Below are positions 11,191 through 23,749 of a DNA stretch of 64,000 nucleotides, piece after piece. How positions within the stretch are numbered: the first letter of the stretch is position 1; each line of letters begins with the position of its first letter. The notes under the pieces are model-generated. The model worked only from the letters and a program-made list of their open reading frames with translations. It searched no databases and was not told where the DNA came from. Made by a program: the position numbers and the translations under genes. Source of the DNA: Antechinus flavipes. Its lineage: Eukaryota. The stretch spans positions 197,532,001 to 197,596,000 of the forward strand of contig NC_067403.1 of NCBI RefSeq assembly GCF_016432865.1, given 5' to 3'.

Positions 11191-12029
11191 CCAATGCCTT
11201 CATTTTATAGAAGGGTAAACTGAGACCCAACAAGAGAAGGACTTGACTCAGGTCACAAAGTGATTCAATGGCAGACAGTACTAGGACATTGTATTTGTTT
11301 CCCCACTCCTTGATGCTCATTATTGGCTTGCCTAAGAAGTAATTATTAGTGTATACATCTTATCCTCTATGACTGGATTGTAAGCTCCTTGAGGACAGAT
11401 GGGATTGCCTTATTCATTGTTGTGTCCTCCATAAGCCAAAAGAGAGTTGGAAGATTTATACTAACTATAAATTAGCTCCAATTTGTTACTATTAAGGTTA
11501 CATTATACATGAGAAGTAACATAATATAGATTAACAATATGGTTGATCAGAGGATAAGGTAGACTGGTCTTAGAGTGAAAAGAGTGAAATAACAAAAGGG
11601 TCAGGTGATATTGTCATGGTATTCATGAGGCACTGAAAGAATCAGATGAAAGTTTTCTGGGTATTTAGTAATTCTCCTCAGACTGAAGGCTTTAGAGCCG
11701 CAAGAAACCTTAAGAACCAACTTTTCTAGCATCCCAATTTTGTAGATGAAGAAGTATTTGCAGAAAGAATGGATAAAACACCTCACAGCATAGACCATAA
11801 TAAGATCCAAAAGTATATAAGCTCTGAATATTAATGTCATTCAGTAAGTACTTAATTTGTTGATTGATTTATTACAGAATCTCAAAGAAAAGGGATCTTT
11901 GAGGTGAAATCCCTTTATTTTAGTAAGCTAGTTAGTGGCTCTTCCACTTACTAGTTGTATTTTAAAAAAAGAAGAAAATCAGATCATGAAAAAATAAATA
12001 GGAGAGAATCAGATCAGTTACTTTTTATA

Positions 12030-13165
12030 ACTCTGACGATGGAAGAGAATTCTTAACCGAACGAGGGATAAAGGGGAGTTCCTAAAAGATAAAATATATA
12101 ATTTCAAATTTTAAAAAACCTATAAATCAATATAACAGGGATAAGAAGGGAAGCTGTGGATTAGGAAAATATTTGCATCACATATATCTGAAAAGGGTTC
12201 AATATGAAAGTTATATCGAGAACTTACAAATATGTGAGTCTAAGAACCATTCTCCCGTGAATGTGTGGTCAAAGGATATGAAGAAATAATTCTCAAAGAA
12301 GAATTGCAAATTATAAAAGATCATATGAAAGATAGTATCCAATAACTAAGGAAAAAAGAAATACAAACCCAAACAACTCTGGGGTTCATCTCAAATCCAA
12401 CAAGCTAGCAAGGATGAATAATGATGGCAATAGAGGTGGTGGATAGATAGACACACTAATACATTGTTGATGGAACTGTGAATTAACTATTCTAAAAAAC
12501 AACATCAAACCAAGGCAAGAAAGTGACAAAATTGTTCATGCCCTTTGACATAAAGATTTCACTGTGAGGTCAAATTCACCAAGGAGGAAAGAAGATAAAC
12601 AAAAATTTTCACATATGCCAAATTAAGTTATACCAGCATTTTTGTAATAGTAAAGCACTGGGAAAAAAGTAAATGCCTATCAATTAAAGGAATGGTTAAG
12701 CAAATTCTGGTACATGAATGTAATGGAATATTATTGTGCTATCAGAAACAATGAAAATGAAGTCTAGAGATAAATATGGGAAGACTTATGGGAACCCATA
12801 CTAAGAGAAACAAGAAAAAAAAACATATATAATCACTTTAACAGTATAAATGGAAATAACAATAGCAAAAAGAAATGGTATGCTTTATAATTATAATGAC
12901 CATGCTTATTCCTGAAGAAGAGAAATTAAAACTACTCTCCTTCCTTTTCTTTCAGATATAGGGGACTATGGGTATAAATTATTGGATATACTGTTCAATT
13001 TAGCTTATTTATTAATTTATTTTATTTATTCATTAGTTCGTTTCGATAAACTTTTTATTCTTTTTGAAAAGAGATAGTTCTCAGGGAATAAGGAAAAGAA
13101 AAAGCATATTTGGAAATGAAGATGATATAAAAATAAAATATCAACAAAGCATTTTTTTAAAAACA
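12030..13165 (+). mobile_element. Old L1, ORF2 C-terminus plus 3' UTR
   Basis: atttgcatcacatatatctgaaaagggt...ggtcaaaggatatgaa...ttctcaaagaagaattgcaa...atgtaatggaatattattgtgct...gggaagacttat. Confidence 0.8.
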
Positions 13166-13324
13166 CAGAAACAAATCAGAGCAGTTTAGAGATTGTGTAG
13201 GGGTTGGGACCTGGCCTGGGTTCCTTATATCACAGATCCATCAAAATCAAGGAGTGACTAACACAGGGTCCCCCCAGAATAGGCTGTCAACAAAAGATCA
13301 GAAGATTAGAGGGTCTTATTTCAC

Positions 13325-13495
13325 CCCCATTTAATAGTGTTTTTTCCAATTAAATGTAAAGTTAGTTTTCAGTGTTCACTTCTGCAAGAGTCTGAGTTCC
13401 AATTTCTTTTCTCTCCTCTTCCCTTCCTCCTCCCTAAGATGACAAACAATATGATAAAGGCTATACTTGTACAATCATATTAAACATATTTGTGC
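13325..13495 (-). mobile_element. L1 extreme 3' end
   Basis: ttttttccaattaaatgtaaag...cccttcctcctccctaagatg..caatatgataaaggctatac. Confidence 0.7.
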
Positions 13496-15489
13496 ATTAA
13501 ATTAGAGGATTTTAGACCTGGAGCTTGAAGAACGCTCGGAGACAATCTAGAATAACCTACTCATTTTTCTAGTTGAGGAGCTGAAGGACAGGGAGGCAAA
13601 GAATCCAATAAAAACTAAATGTTGTCTGCCTGCTGCCCATCTTCTGTTACCAGTGTACCAGTCTCATACCCACTACTATCTTTGATGCTTCATCTCCCCC
13701 TTTTTAAATGCCCTCCCTTTTCTCTGTATTTCCAAATACAGCTAACAAGATTTAGTTAATGCTCAGTCCATAGAATCATGGATAAACACATAGTCAAATT
13801 ACATGGTAGCAATTTAGAATTTGATTTGCTGGATTTGAAATGATAAAAAGCAGGTTCAAATTATACTTTAGACACTTTGCAGCTATGTGACTCTGGGAAA
13901 GAAATTTAACCTCATCTATGCTAAGCAAATACCTGGGACTTATCTGTAGGGAATTGGACTATACTCATAGTTATTTATCTATTAAAGTTATTCACCGTGA
14001 ACTTTAAAAAATTATATTTTGAAAACTATGTTTTGATATAATTGATTGCCTTTGCAATCTTATGTATTTAAATTTAATCTTAAAATTAAATATTAAAATT
14101 TAAAAGCAGTTCACATCACAGTGCTTACTAATATGCACTTAACAAATGCTTATTGACTTGAAAACTTAAAAACTTTAGCTTAAAAAACCTGTGCTTAGAC
14201 TTTAAAAAATTAACTTGAAAATTTTCTGGAAAAGGGTCTATAAGCTTCATTAGAATAATGTCAGAAAGTACTGTGATCTCCAGAAAAGGTTAAAAACTCT
14301 AGTCTAGATGATTTTCTCAGGCTTCTGGGATCTAGTATCTATATTCTATAAAATCATATATGGGCTTGGGAGGAAGGGAATTAGCAACATTTGGTGGGGG
14401 CCACAGCAGAAACAAGGAAGACCTAGATTCAAATGTCATCTCAGAAACTTAGTTCCTGTATACATATGAGCTTAGTTTATAGAGCAGAAGCAGGAAATAG
14501 AACCAATGGATGGATGACAAGGGTCAGAAGATGAAGAGCTAAAGGAAGTCAGGTTTGGGTTTGATATATAGAATCAAGCAACTAAAAATAAACTGATTAA
14601 TTAATTTTTTAAAAAAAGATTCAACTAATTGATGAGGATTTATCAAGTACCTGCTATTTACTGCATACCACATGGATAAAACCTTAACAATCAGAACTGT
14701 ATAACGATGAAATGAAGGAAATGTCTTGAGAGATGATATAATTCAAATCTTAAGAAATGACCCAATAGAGGCTGAGTGGTTCCAAACCAGAGATGCTGTA
14801 TCTCTGCTCTACCAGGAATTGGATAAGATGCCTTGGCAGGCCCCTTCCAGCCCAGATAGTCTACAGATATCAGACACAGTGAGGACAGGAGAGCTATTCC
14901 TCCGATGGAATGCTAGATGCTTGGACTGCCATGAGGCAGAGTATTAAGGTTGAAGGGGGAAAGAGGTGATTTTTTATCCCTGAAGTTTCCCATAAAGGTG
15001 ATATCACTGAACATGCAGCTTGGGTCTGGTTCATTTTTTACAAACCCATGCTCTGGTAATAGGGGAGAACAATATGAATTGCCTTTCTGTCCTGAACGTG
15101 GTCTTGTTCCCAAGGCTGCTCGTGATAACGCACCTCATTTTCTAAGCACTGGGATATATCAATTTACCGTCTTCATTTCATAGATGAAGAACACTGGATG
15201 AGAGTTTCAAGATCATAACTGAGGTGACTGCATTATAATTCTGGGAGTAGGGAGGTCCTTTGTGGTCCTTGTCACTAATTCATAGACTAAAAGAACTATA
15301 AAGTTTTATATATAGACCAGAAAGGTCCAGAGCAGTCACCTGGGCCATGCCCCTCTAAAGAAATTTCTTTATCAACTCGCTTGACAAGTAATAATCTACC
15401 CAAGCACTCCTATGTTAAAAACTCACAAAATCTCAGAGATCGAAAGGATTTCAAATGGCATCTAGACCAACCTACAACCTTTTGAAGAT

Positions 15490-15650
15490 TTGGGAGAAGC
15501 TGCCTTAAAGGTAGTGAGTTCCCCATTACTGACAGTTTCAAGCAAAGGATGGATAACTCCTGTTCAGAGATGCTATGGAAGAAGTTGTAACCTAGGAGGG
15601 AGGTTGGACTAGTTTCATTCTAGAACTCCACTCTAGTTCTGAGAATCTGA
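15490..15650 (+). mobile_element. L3/MIR3 3' end
   Basis: ggtagtgagttccccattactg..gtttcaagcaaaggatggataac...gttggactag...tagttctgagaatctg. Confidence 0.65.
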
Positions 15651-15873
15651 GAAAAGAGTGATTGCGTCATTCTTTCACTAGTGAAGACCACTACTCACTA
15701 TACATAGTCCTCACCCCAAACCCAACACTCTTTCCACAACCTCAGGCTTCCTCGTGTAACTTCTTGTTTATGCCTGGGTCATGAATCCCCTCTGCTGTGG
15801 GCCAGCTCACAATGATGTTTGGTGGAAGAGGCAGGCTTCCTGGACAACCAATGGAAGGCAGTATAGCTTAGAG

Positions 15874-16076
15874 CAGTGGTTCTCAAACTTTTGTTTTCAG
15901 TATCTTTATCCTATTAAAAATTATTGAGAATCTCTCCAAAGTGTTTTTTGTTTACCTGGGTTATATTTATAGACATTTACCATATTGAAAATAAAAACTG
16001 TTTTTGAATTTGTAGACCCTCTAAAAGGGTTTCAGAGATCCCCAGGATTCTCTAGACCATATTTTGAGAACCACTG
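15874..16076. mobile_element. hAT-Charlie MITE (MER33-like) with intact 14-bp terminal inverted repeats
   Basis: cagtggttctcaaa (15874-15887) and tttgagaaccactg (16063-16076) are exact reverse complements; the flanks gcttagag and gtagag resemble a decayed 8-bp TSD. Confidence 0.9.
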
Positions 16077-16200
16077 GTAGAGGTTAGTGCTAAACTTGAA
16101 GGTAGGAATTAATCAATCAGCAAGAATTTATTTGGCATAGCATTCCAGGGACTTACTATGCTAGGTGCTAAGGATACAATGAATGAAAATATCTTTACTC

Positions 16201-16727
16201 CCTTTTTATTTTTCTCCTTGCTTCACTCTTTTTTTTAAAATAGCTTTTTATTTACAAGTTATATGTATGTGTAATTTTACAGCATTGGCAATTGCCAAAC
16301 CTTTTGTTTCAATTTTTCCCTTCCTTCCCCCCACCCCCTCCCCTAGATGTCAGGATGACCAGTAGATGTTAAATATATTAAAGTATAAATTAGATATACA
16401 ATAAATATACATGACCAAACCGTTATTTTGCTGTACAAAAAGAATCGGACTCTGAAATATTGTACAATTAGTCAGTGAAGGAAATCCAAAATGCAGGCAG
16501 GTGAAAATATAGGGATTAGGAATTCAATGTAATGGTTCTTAGTCATCTCCCAGAGTTCTTTCGCTGGGCATAGCTGGTTCAGTTCATTATTGCTCCATTG
16601 GAACTGATTTGGTTCATGTCATTGCTGAAGAGGGCCAGGTCCATCAGAATTGGTTATCATATAGTATTGTTGTTGAAGCATATAATGATCTCCTGGCCCT
16701 TCTTGTTTCACTCAGCATCAGTTCGTG
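16201..16727 (-). mobile_element. 5'-truncated L1 inserted into an L2 tail, 16-bp TSD
   Basis: Antisense L1 3' UTR and ORF2 end; identical gaaaatatctttactc at 16185-16200 and 16728-16743; the host L2 continues as tcaaggagtttacattctaa. Confidence 0.9.
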
Positions 16728-17829
16728 GAAAATATCTTTACTCTCAAGGAGTTTACATTCTAATCAGGAAGATAACAAGTGCTCAGAAAAAAATAAAAAG
16801 AAAAAATGCAAATAAATAAAAAGCAGTTAGTCACAAGACAGTTTAGAGAAAGAACTGTTAAGGATATCAGGAAGATGGGTTATAAACCTTTTTCTCAGAC
16901 TTACTAACTATGGAGACACTAGTTAAATCATTTAACCTCAGTTTTTTCTTTTCATCTGGAAAATGGGGAAGGTTGTTATGAGCACTGTGGAAATCTTATA
17001 GCACTATGTAAATGCAAGCTTTGTTTCTGTTGTTCAGTAGTTTCCAGCTCTTCTTGAGTCTTTTTGGGGTTTTCTTGGCAAAGATTCTGGAGTGGTTTAG
17101 TAGCAATGGGTCAACTGTTCCAGAAAACAATAAGGTCATCACTAGAATGATCCAGTCAGTTCAGAATCTCTGCTCTAGGGAAAAAGTAGATTTTTTTTTT
17201 TTTTTACTCTGGGATGAGGATCTGGAAAAGCAAATAGTAAGACTGTTCTTAGAGAAATTGTTCTGATCAAAGATGAATTACTAACTTCCCTAAAATCAAC
17301 TACCCCTTTCCAAAGACAATCAGCATCTGGTGAATTATGTTTCCCTCTTTAAATGATATTGACAAGTCTCTTAAGTGTGATCAATTTTTAAAGATGGTTC
17401 AGGAGCACACAAGTGCGTACACAAACACACACACACACACACTCATCACTTCCACACATGCACAGCCTTACCCACATCCACAACTTGCCTTCTTTATTTA
17501 TTGGTGACATGGCAGAGGCCACAGAAAGCCAATCAGATCTTTTCTAAGCAAAGACAACCATTCATTCTCAGAAAGACCCTTATATTTAACATCCAATGGC
17601 ATGGATGTTAGAGGGCCATAGGATATAGAGTTGGAAAGGACTTTATAATCTGTCTCCTCCAACCCTTCCTTTTTACAATGCAGGAAATGAAAATTCAAAG
17701 TATGGAAGTGACTTACCTAAGATCACACGATCACTAATTAGCATGGCCAAGGTTCAAAAACAAAGCAAAGAGAACCTAGGAGGGGGATCTGACCCACTAT
17801 CAGCCCTGCAGACTTTGGAGAAACTATCT

Positions 17830-18340
17830 AATGAGGAAGATTAAACGTTAGCTGATTACTGACAAGTAATTAACAATGTCAACGAAATGAAGAAATCGAA
17901 TTAATAATAATTATATCATCAAGGCGATGCTCATCTTGTCTCGGATCCATGAGAAGAGGAGAGGTTAATTACTCACAGCTGGCAAAACAGCATGAAGTCG
18001 ACCGAAACTGGGGCTCTGGCTGGGGTTAACTGCCAGACGGATAATTAATTAACATCATAATTGTAATGCAGGCAGCAGGAAGATATTGCAATATTCTTTC
18101 AGTTCTGTTCTATTTGCAGCCTGAACTTAGCTCTCAGAGCTTCCCAAAAGGTAGATGCCATGGCTGGTGCTTTCTCCAGAACCGAGAAGGGACATATACC
18201 TCCCAATTAGTACAGAAAAGAGAAGGTCAATCTGAACACGTGGACGGATTTCAAAAATTAGGGAACTGCCAAAATTCCAATGGGATTGGCCAAGTGAAGA
18301 TGATACCTTTCTGCACGTACCAATTGGCACCTTGATTTGT
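17830..18340. promoter_or_regulatory. Candidate conserved non-coding element (homeodomain/SOX rich)
   Basis: 8 CpGs in 17846-18039 within AT-rich sequence; TAATTA x5, AACAAT and TGACAAG motifs; no repeat recognised. Confidence 0.55.
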
Positions 18341-18419
18341 AATACTGGGGAATGTGGAGTGTAGAGGGAGAGAGCTTATGAATTCAAGTCCTATAATAGA
18401 GACCAGTTCCTTGGTTCCA

Positions 18420-18960
18420 AACTAACAGAACCACAGAATTTCAGAGTTAGAAAGTAGCCATTCAATTTAATCAACCCATATCTGAAAACAAATCTCCATT
18501 GTAACATATCCAGTAAGCCAGCTTAGCACCGTGCCTGGGATGTAGGAGAAACTTAAATGTTTATTGACTAAATGATAGTAAGTGATCATCCAGCTTCTAC
18601 TCAAGGATCTCCAAGGGAGACAAACCTATCCTTCCTCTCAAGGCATCCCCTTCTTTTGGATACCCGGGTTGCCAGGAAGTTCTTGATTTCAAACCTTTTT
18701 CCTGTTTTTCTCTCTGGAACCAAACAGAACAAGTTCAATTTCTGTTCATGTCAGTCCTTTTGAATATCTAAAAACGGGATCATAACTACTAGACGTTCTT
18801 CTCAAAGCTAAATGTCCCCTGTTATTTGCACCAATTCATGGAACCTGAACTCAAGATCTCCACCACTTTCTTTGTCCTTTTCTGGATCACTTCTAGATTA
18901 TCCATGTCCTTCTAAATTATGGTGGCCCAGAATGGAAAACAACACACTCAATTTGATATG
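18420..18960 (-). mobile_element. L3/CR1 fragment
   Basis: acagaatttcagagttagaa...gttgccaggaagttctt...cttctcaaagctaaatgtcccc...ggtggcccagaatggaaaacaacac. Confidence 0.6.
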
Positions 18961-20349
18961 AATAGGGAATAGGGAAAACTGAGTTCTTGTTCTTATCATA
19001 GGCCTAGTTCTAACATTAATTGCAGTTTGAGTCATAAAACTTGGTCATAGACTGATATCTAATCTTAGTCACATAATGAATTCTTTTCTGGTCAAAGACT
19101 AATACCAAACGCCCAAAGACCACTGTTTCCTAGGGGACTAAGAAAAAGAGTTTGGATGGCTCAGGATAAACTACCCTCAATTCCTAGAGGAATAACCCCA
19201 AAGCAACATCCTACTCCTGTATGTTATAATTTGGCATAAAAATGTTTTTTTTTTACTAATATCTCATTTAATCTTTAAAACTAAATGAGGATTAAAATTT
19301 TCTTTTGATAGGGTGATGTAGTTGGTGAAAGTATTATTAGTCCCTTCATACAAATAAGAACTCAGAAGTGGTCTGTCCAAGAATTCAATGATGGCTAAGT
19401 GCAGATCTGGGACTCAAAATTAGATCTTAGGGTCCTTACACTACACTCCCAAAGCATTATTTCTCCTCTCTCACTAAGCTGATGGAGTGTAGCCAACTCT
19501 CTGGCTGAAAAGTCATGTATTCAAAGTCAGAAGGGAACTCAAAGGTCATCTGATCCAATCTAAAAGCCTAAGTCCTTTCTAGAATATTCCCAATAATAGG
19601 ACCTGTAGTGATGGGGTCGGCTCGCCTCCAAAGGTGGTCTGACTCACTTAAGGACAGACGCCAGCTGTGTGTCAGTCAGTCATCCGCTAAATAGTGCTCA
19701 CCTCCTAGGGATGTTATATGGATCAATAAGAAAATAATTTTAAATCTATGGTACATAGTAAATGCTAGATGAATGTTAGCTATTATTATTATTTATCAAG
19801 AGGAAAACTTTGCCTCCATTTGTAGAATATAGCCCCTCCTTGCAAGAGATCCAAAGGCTCTGGACTCTATGGAGTGATCAGCCCAAGAAGGAAGGCCTTT
19901 TAATTTGTTCAACAGATATTAAGTGCCTTCTATATTCTGGTTTGACCCATACTTGGGGCCACTAGCAGTTCATGGCTGTTGTAAGGTCCTTTCCAGCTCT
20001 GATTTTTTTTTGTGCCCCCATGACTATTGGCTAGGGACCAGGTTAAATATCATGGAGGTCACACCACGGAAGGGACTCCCTATTTGCTCTTCAGTGAACA
20101 AAGGCGAAACTTATCTATCAATGTGCAGGTCTCTCATTTCTTTGTAGTCAGCTAGGGGTGAATATAGTACACTCCAGAGCAGAGAAATGGAGTTAGAGTT
20201 TCCCATCTCAGTGATTTGTTTGGGGATGGGTTCTTATAGGTCTCTGGTGACTTGATACCTAAAAGTAGGAGGAGGTGTGTAGTTGCCTTTCAAACAATGT
20301 CAGGGGCTAGGGTTTGAGCTGCTAGACAGCCCCAAGACCTCTAAGGCCT

Positions 20350-20545
20350 GTGTTGGCAGATAGATAATTAAAATTCGAATGCTGGAGATGGCAACAAGAT
20401 TGCTCGTTTAACATAACGAATTGCAAGCCTAATAGGAAAACTTCTAATACCAGCCCTCTTAACATTAACAATTACTGTGATTAACAATGATACTCACGAC
20501 TCATTTTTCATGGAAGACCACGGTCCGAGATAAGCTTGTTTATAT
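20350..20545. promoter_or_regulatory. Candidate conserved non-coding element
   Basis: 6 CpGs in 20376-20527; gataattaa, ttaacaatta, attaacaatg (homeodomain/SOX) and TGACTCA-like cacgactca. Confidence 0.5.
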
Positions 20546-21296
20546 AGACTGGCTTTAGAACCCCAGGGCCATCCATCACTTGGAAGGGCCATGGAAGGAG
20601 GGATGGGCACCCAGGCATTAAAACTGGCAATGTGACCTTGTGACAGTGGAAGTCACTCCCTCTTTATAGCCCAGTTGGAGCTTTGTTAGGAAATCAGGGC
20701 AAAGTGCATTTGCAGCTTCCCAGGATGGTGTATAAAACCCTACATCTGTGACTAAGTGTGCAAGGGACATCTCCTGGGGCTATGAGTACCAAGAACTTAT
20801 TGTGTAGAGGAAAGAATATTAAGATTCAAATAAGACTGAGTTCTAACCCCAAATCTAGCGATTATTCACAATAGAATCAAAAGCTAGTCACTTAACTTAT
20901 CTGAGTCATCTGTAAAAACAAGGTGATTATATTGCATTGCTGACCTCCCAGAGCTATGGTACAGATAGAGGCAAACAGATGCAAACTTTGAAAATGAGCA
21001 TTCTATGGCTAGGAATACTCTTAGTTATTGAGGACCCAGGAGCCTAATCTGAGTCTCTTTTAGCAAAGAATGCCCTCCTTCCTTATCTTGGTCTGTTAAA
21101 TTTCTGCCCACTCTTTCAGATTTAATGTGAATGTCAACTCCTCCAAGAAGTCTTTCCTCATTTCTCTGAATTAAAAATATTCCTCCACCTCCAATCTCAC
21201 ACAGAATTTTGCCCCTCTCTGATGCATTTGTTATTATATATTTATTAGGAAGCCCATGAGAACTGGATTTTGCAACTCCAGGGCATAGGTCAAAAA

Positions 21297-21470
21297 TTGG
21301 CAAATTAGGCCTTTGGGCCGAATCTCATCAGCTGCCTGATTTTGTTCAAACCATAAGTAAAAGAATGAACAAAAACTGCAAAAACTGAAACCTCCTCCTT
21401 GGTTTGCAGTTTATACAAAAGCAGGCAGGGGGCTGGACCCAGAATGAGGACCAGAGTTTGCCAATCTCTA
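21297..21470. mobile_element. MER58-like hAT MITE
   Basis: aattggcaaattaggcctttgggccgaatc ... cagagtttgccaatctctag. Confidence 0.6.
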
Positions 21471-21748
21471 GGTGATGGGAGCTATTGAAGGACAGTAACT
21501 GTCCCATTTTTTGTGTGTTTGTATATATAGTTCTTAACACTTAGTAGTAGCTTAATAAATCTCTCTGTATCTTCCTCCTAAGAATATGAAAAGGTTGTGT
21601 CTTGTCTAAACTTTGTGTCTTCCTTGGCATTCAGTATAGGTCTCAGCTTTCTAAATTATTATTGGATTGATCTGTTAAGGTCCCTTCCAGTTCCATGATT
21701 CTAAGATTCAAAGTTTAGATCTATGTGTTCATCCCAAGCCTTCTATGG

Positions 21749-21907
21749 CAGGGCTTCTTAAACTTTTTCCACTTATAAATCCTTTTCATTTGAGAAATTT
21801 TCATGCGACCCAGATACATCCAACATTTGTTGATAATAAATCATAATTTCATGACCCCCCCACATTCAGTTATGAGACCCCATATGGAGTCATGTTTAAG
21901 AAACTAG
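21749..21907. mobile_element. Marsupial hAT MITE
   Basis: cagggcttcttaaac ... gtttaagaaactag terminal repeats; repeated internal gacccc motifs. Confidence 0.75.
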
Positions 21908-22199
21908 GTTCTACAACATTATCTGGCTAGATGGTCCTTTTCAGCCATTAGCCAATAAGATTGGATGATAATTCTCTGTATGCATGCTTTCTTTATTCCA
22001 TGACTGGTCTGTAAGCTGCAGTACAAAAGGAATCTGGTTTTATCCAAATTGAGACAGTTGATACAAAATCCTGTCTTTGTACTAATTCACAGTTACTCTG
22101 CACATGTTCCATCACCATTCTATGTTTTAGATTCCTCATCTATAAAGGCAATATAAGACTATTTGCCAAAGCACTGCCTGAATATACTCCCCAGTCCAG

Positions 22200-22490
22200 C
22201 AACACTCTTCCTTGCTGTTCCTCACATGTGACTAAACCCCCGGCTAGGAATGCTCTCCTTCCTCACCTACGTCCCTTAGCTTCTCCAATTTCCTTCAAGA
22301 CCCAACTCAATCCCACTTTCCTGGTCCTTCAACTTCCCTTTTTATTTTGTACTTTTTTTGTCTGCACCTAGTTATTTAAATGTTGTCTGCTCCATTCAAA
22401 TGTAAGCTTCTGTAAGACATACTGGGTTTTGCCTTTCTTTGTATCTCTAGTTTTTAGCATAGTAAGCATTTAATAGAGGTTTGTTGACTT
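22200..22490 (+). mobile_element. L2 3' end
   Basis: ggctaggaatgctctccttcctcacc...ccttcaagacccaactcaa...gtaagcatttaatagaggtttgttgac. Confidence 0.7.
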
Positions 22491-23247
22491 GAAGCATCAA
22501 TGAGATTGCAAGTATTGAAATAACCCAGTCTTAGAGGGGTGGAAAACTCATGAAAAGATTTCTGCTTGACTAACAAAACCAGGCAGACAAAGCAGCTGAT
22601 CATCTCACTACCCAGTGTGGGACATTGTAGAAGTCTTTCATGTATCAGGTATGGGTTGAACTAACTGTTCTCTTAATGTTCTTACTATCTCTCAGAACAT
22701 GACATTTTAAAATTCTATACTTAGTAGGACATGGGGACCCCTTGATGCTAAAATAACTAGTTTCACTGAAGTTTTCTTTTTTCAATTCTTTTTTGCAGCC
22801 ATTGTGTGGATAATTTCCTGATCAGGTTGAAATATAGGGAAGGAGGCAGAAATGAAAAGCGAGAATGGTCTTCTCCTTGTAGTTTTGTAACAAGAAGAAT
22901 TTTGACCCCTGAGATCCCCAGGAACACAATGGCAGTAATCACACAGTTCTGACAGTTAAGAGGCAATTGTCAAAAAAGTCTAGTGGGAGTCTTCCATTTT
23001 CTTATTGGACTTACTGAAGGAATCAGTTCCTTTCCAAATCTATCTTCACTTTTGGATTTCACTCTAGTCCCCAAACCAGAGCAAGGATGCCATTTGTGGA
23101 AACCTTGTTATTACTTAAATCTTGGGTTGAGATGCTGCATGGTGCCCTGAGAAGATTTCTGGATTTGGATTAAGGACATCTAGATTTGAACTTGAACCCA
23201 GTTACATAACATTCTTGTAATCTCCTCTTCCAAAAAGTGATTATTTC

Positions 23248-23490
23248 AGAGGTTTTTAACTTTTGTGTGCATGTCATGGATTCCTTTGACAGTCTGGTGA
23301 AGCAGTGGAACTCTTCTCAGAATTAGGGGTTTTATATGTACAAAATAGAATGTGTAGGACTAAAAAAAAGATTTTAATATATTTTAGAGAGACAAAGAGG
23401 CAGTGAGACAGAGAAAGAAGATAGAGAGAAATAGAGAGAGATTTATCAATATATATTTTAAGACAAGTTTACAGGTTTACACCCTCTGAA
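23248..23490. mobile_element. hAT-Charlie MITE with an internal GA tract
   Basis: cagaggtttttaac...gtcatggattcctttgacagtctggtgaagc...acaagtttacaggtt...ccctctg. Confidence 0.65.
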
Positions 23491-23589
23491 CTAGATGATC
23501 TCTGAATTTCCTACTCTAAATTTTCAATTCTCTGGCAACCCCCCAAATCCCCATTGTTTGCAGTAAGTGTACTTACAGGTTTACAAAGA

Positions 23590-23735
23590 TTTTTTTTTTC
23601 CTGAGGCAATTGGGGTTAAGTGACTTGCCCAGGGTCACACAGCCAGGAAGTGGTAAGTATCTGAGGCCAGATTTCAACTCAGGTCCTCCTGACTTCAGGG
23701 TTGGTACTCTATCCATTGCACCACCTAGCCGCCCC
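23590..23735 (-). mobile_element. WSINE1-like SINE
   Basis: Antisense full-length copy from poly-T to gcaccacctagccgcccc; near-TSD ttacaaaga (23581) and ttacaagga (23736). Confidence 0.88.
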
Positions 23736-23749
23736 TTACAAGGACCCTT

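Noticed and set aside
14726-14947. 73-aa ORF with protein-like composition (..RWNARCLDCHEAEY)
   Set aside because: No recognisable domain, a non-ATG start and no supporting splice signals; the length is expected by chance.
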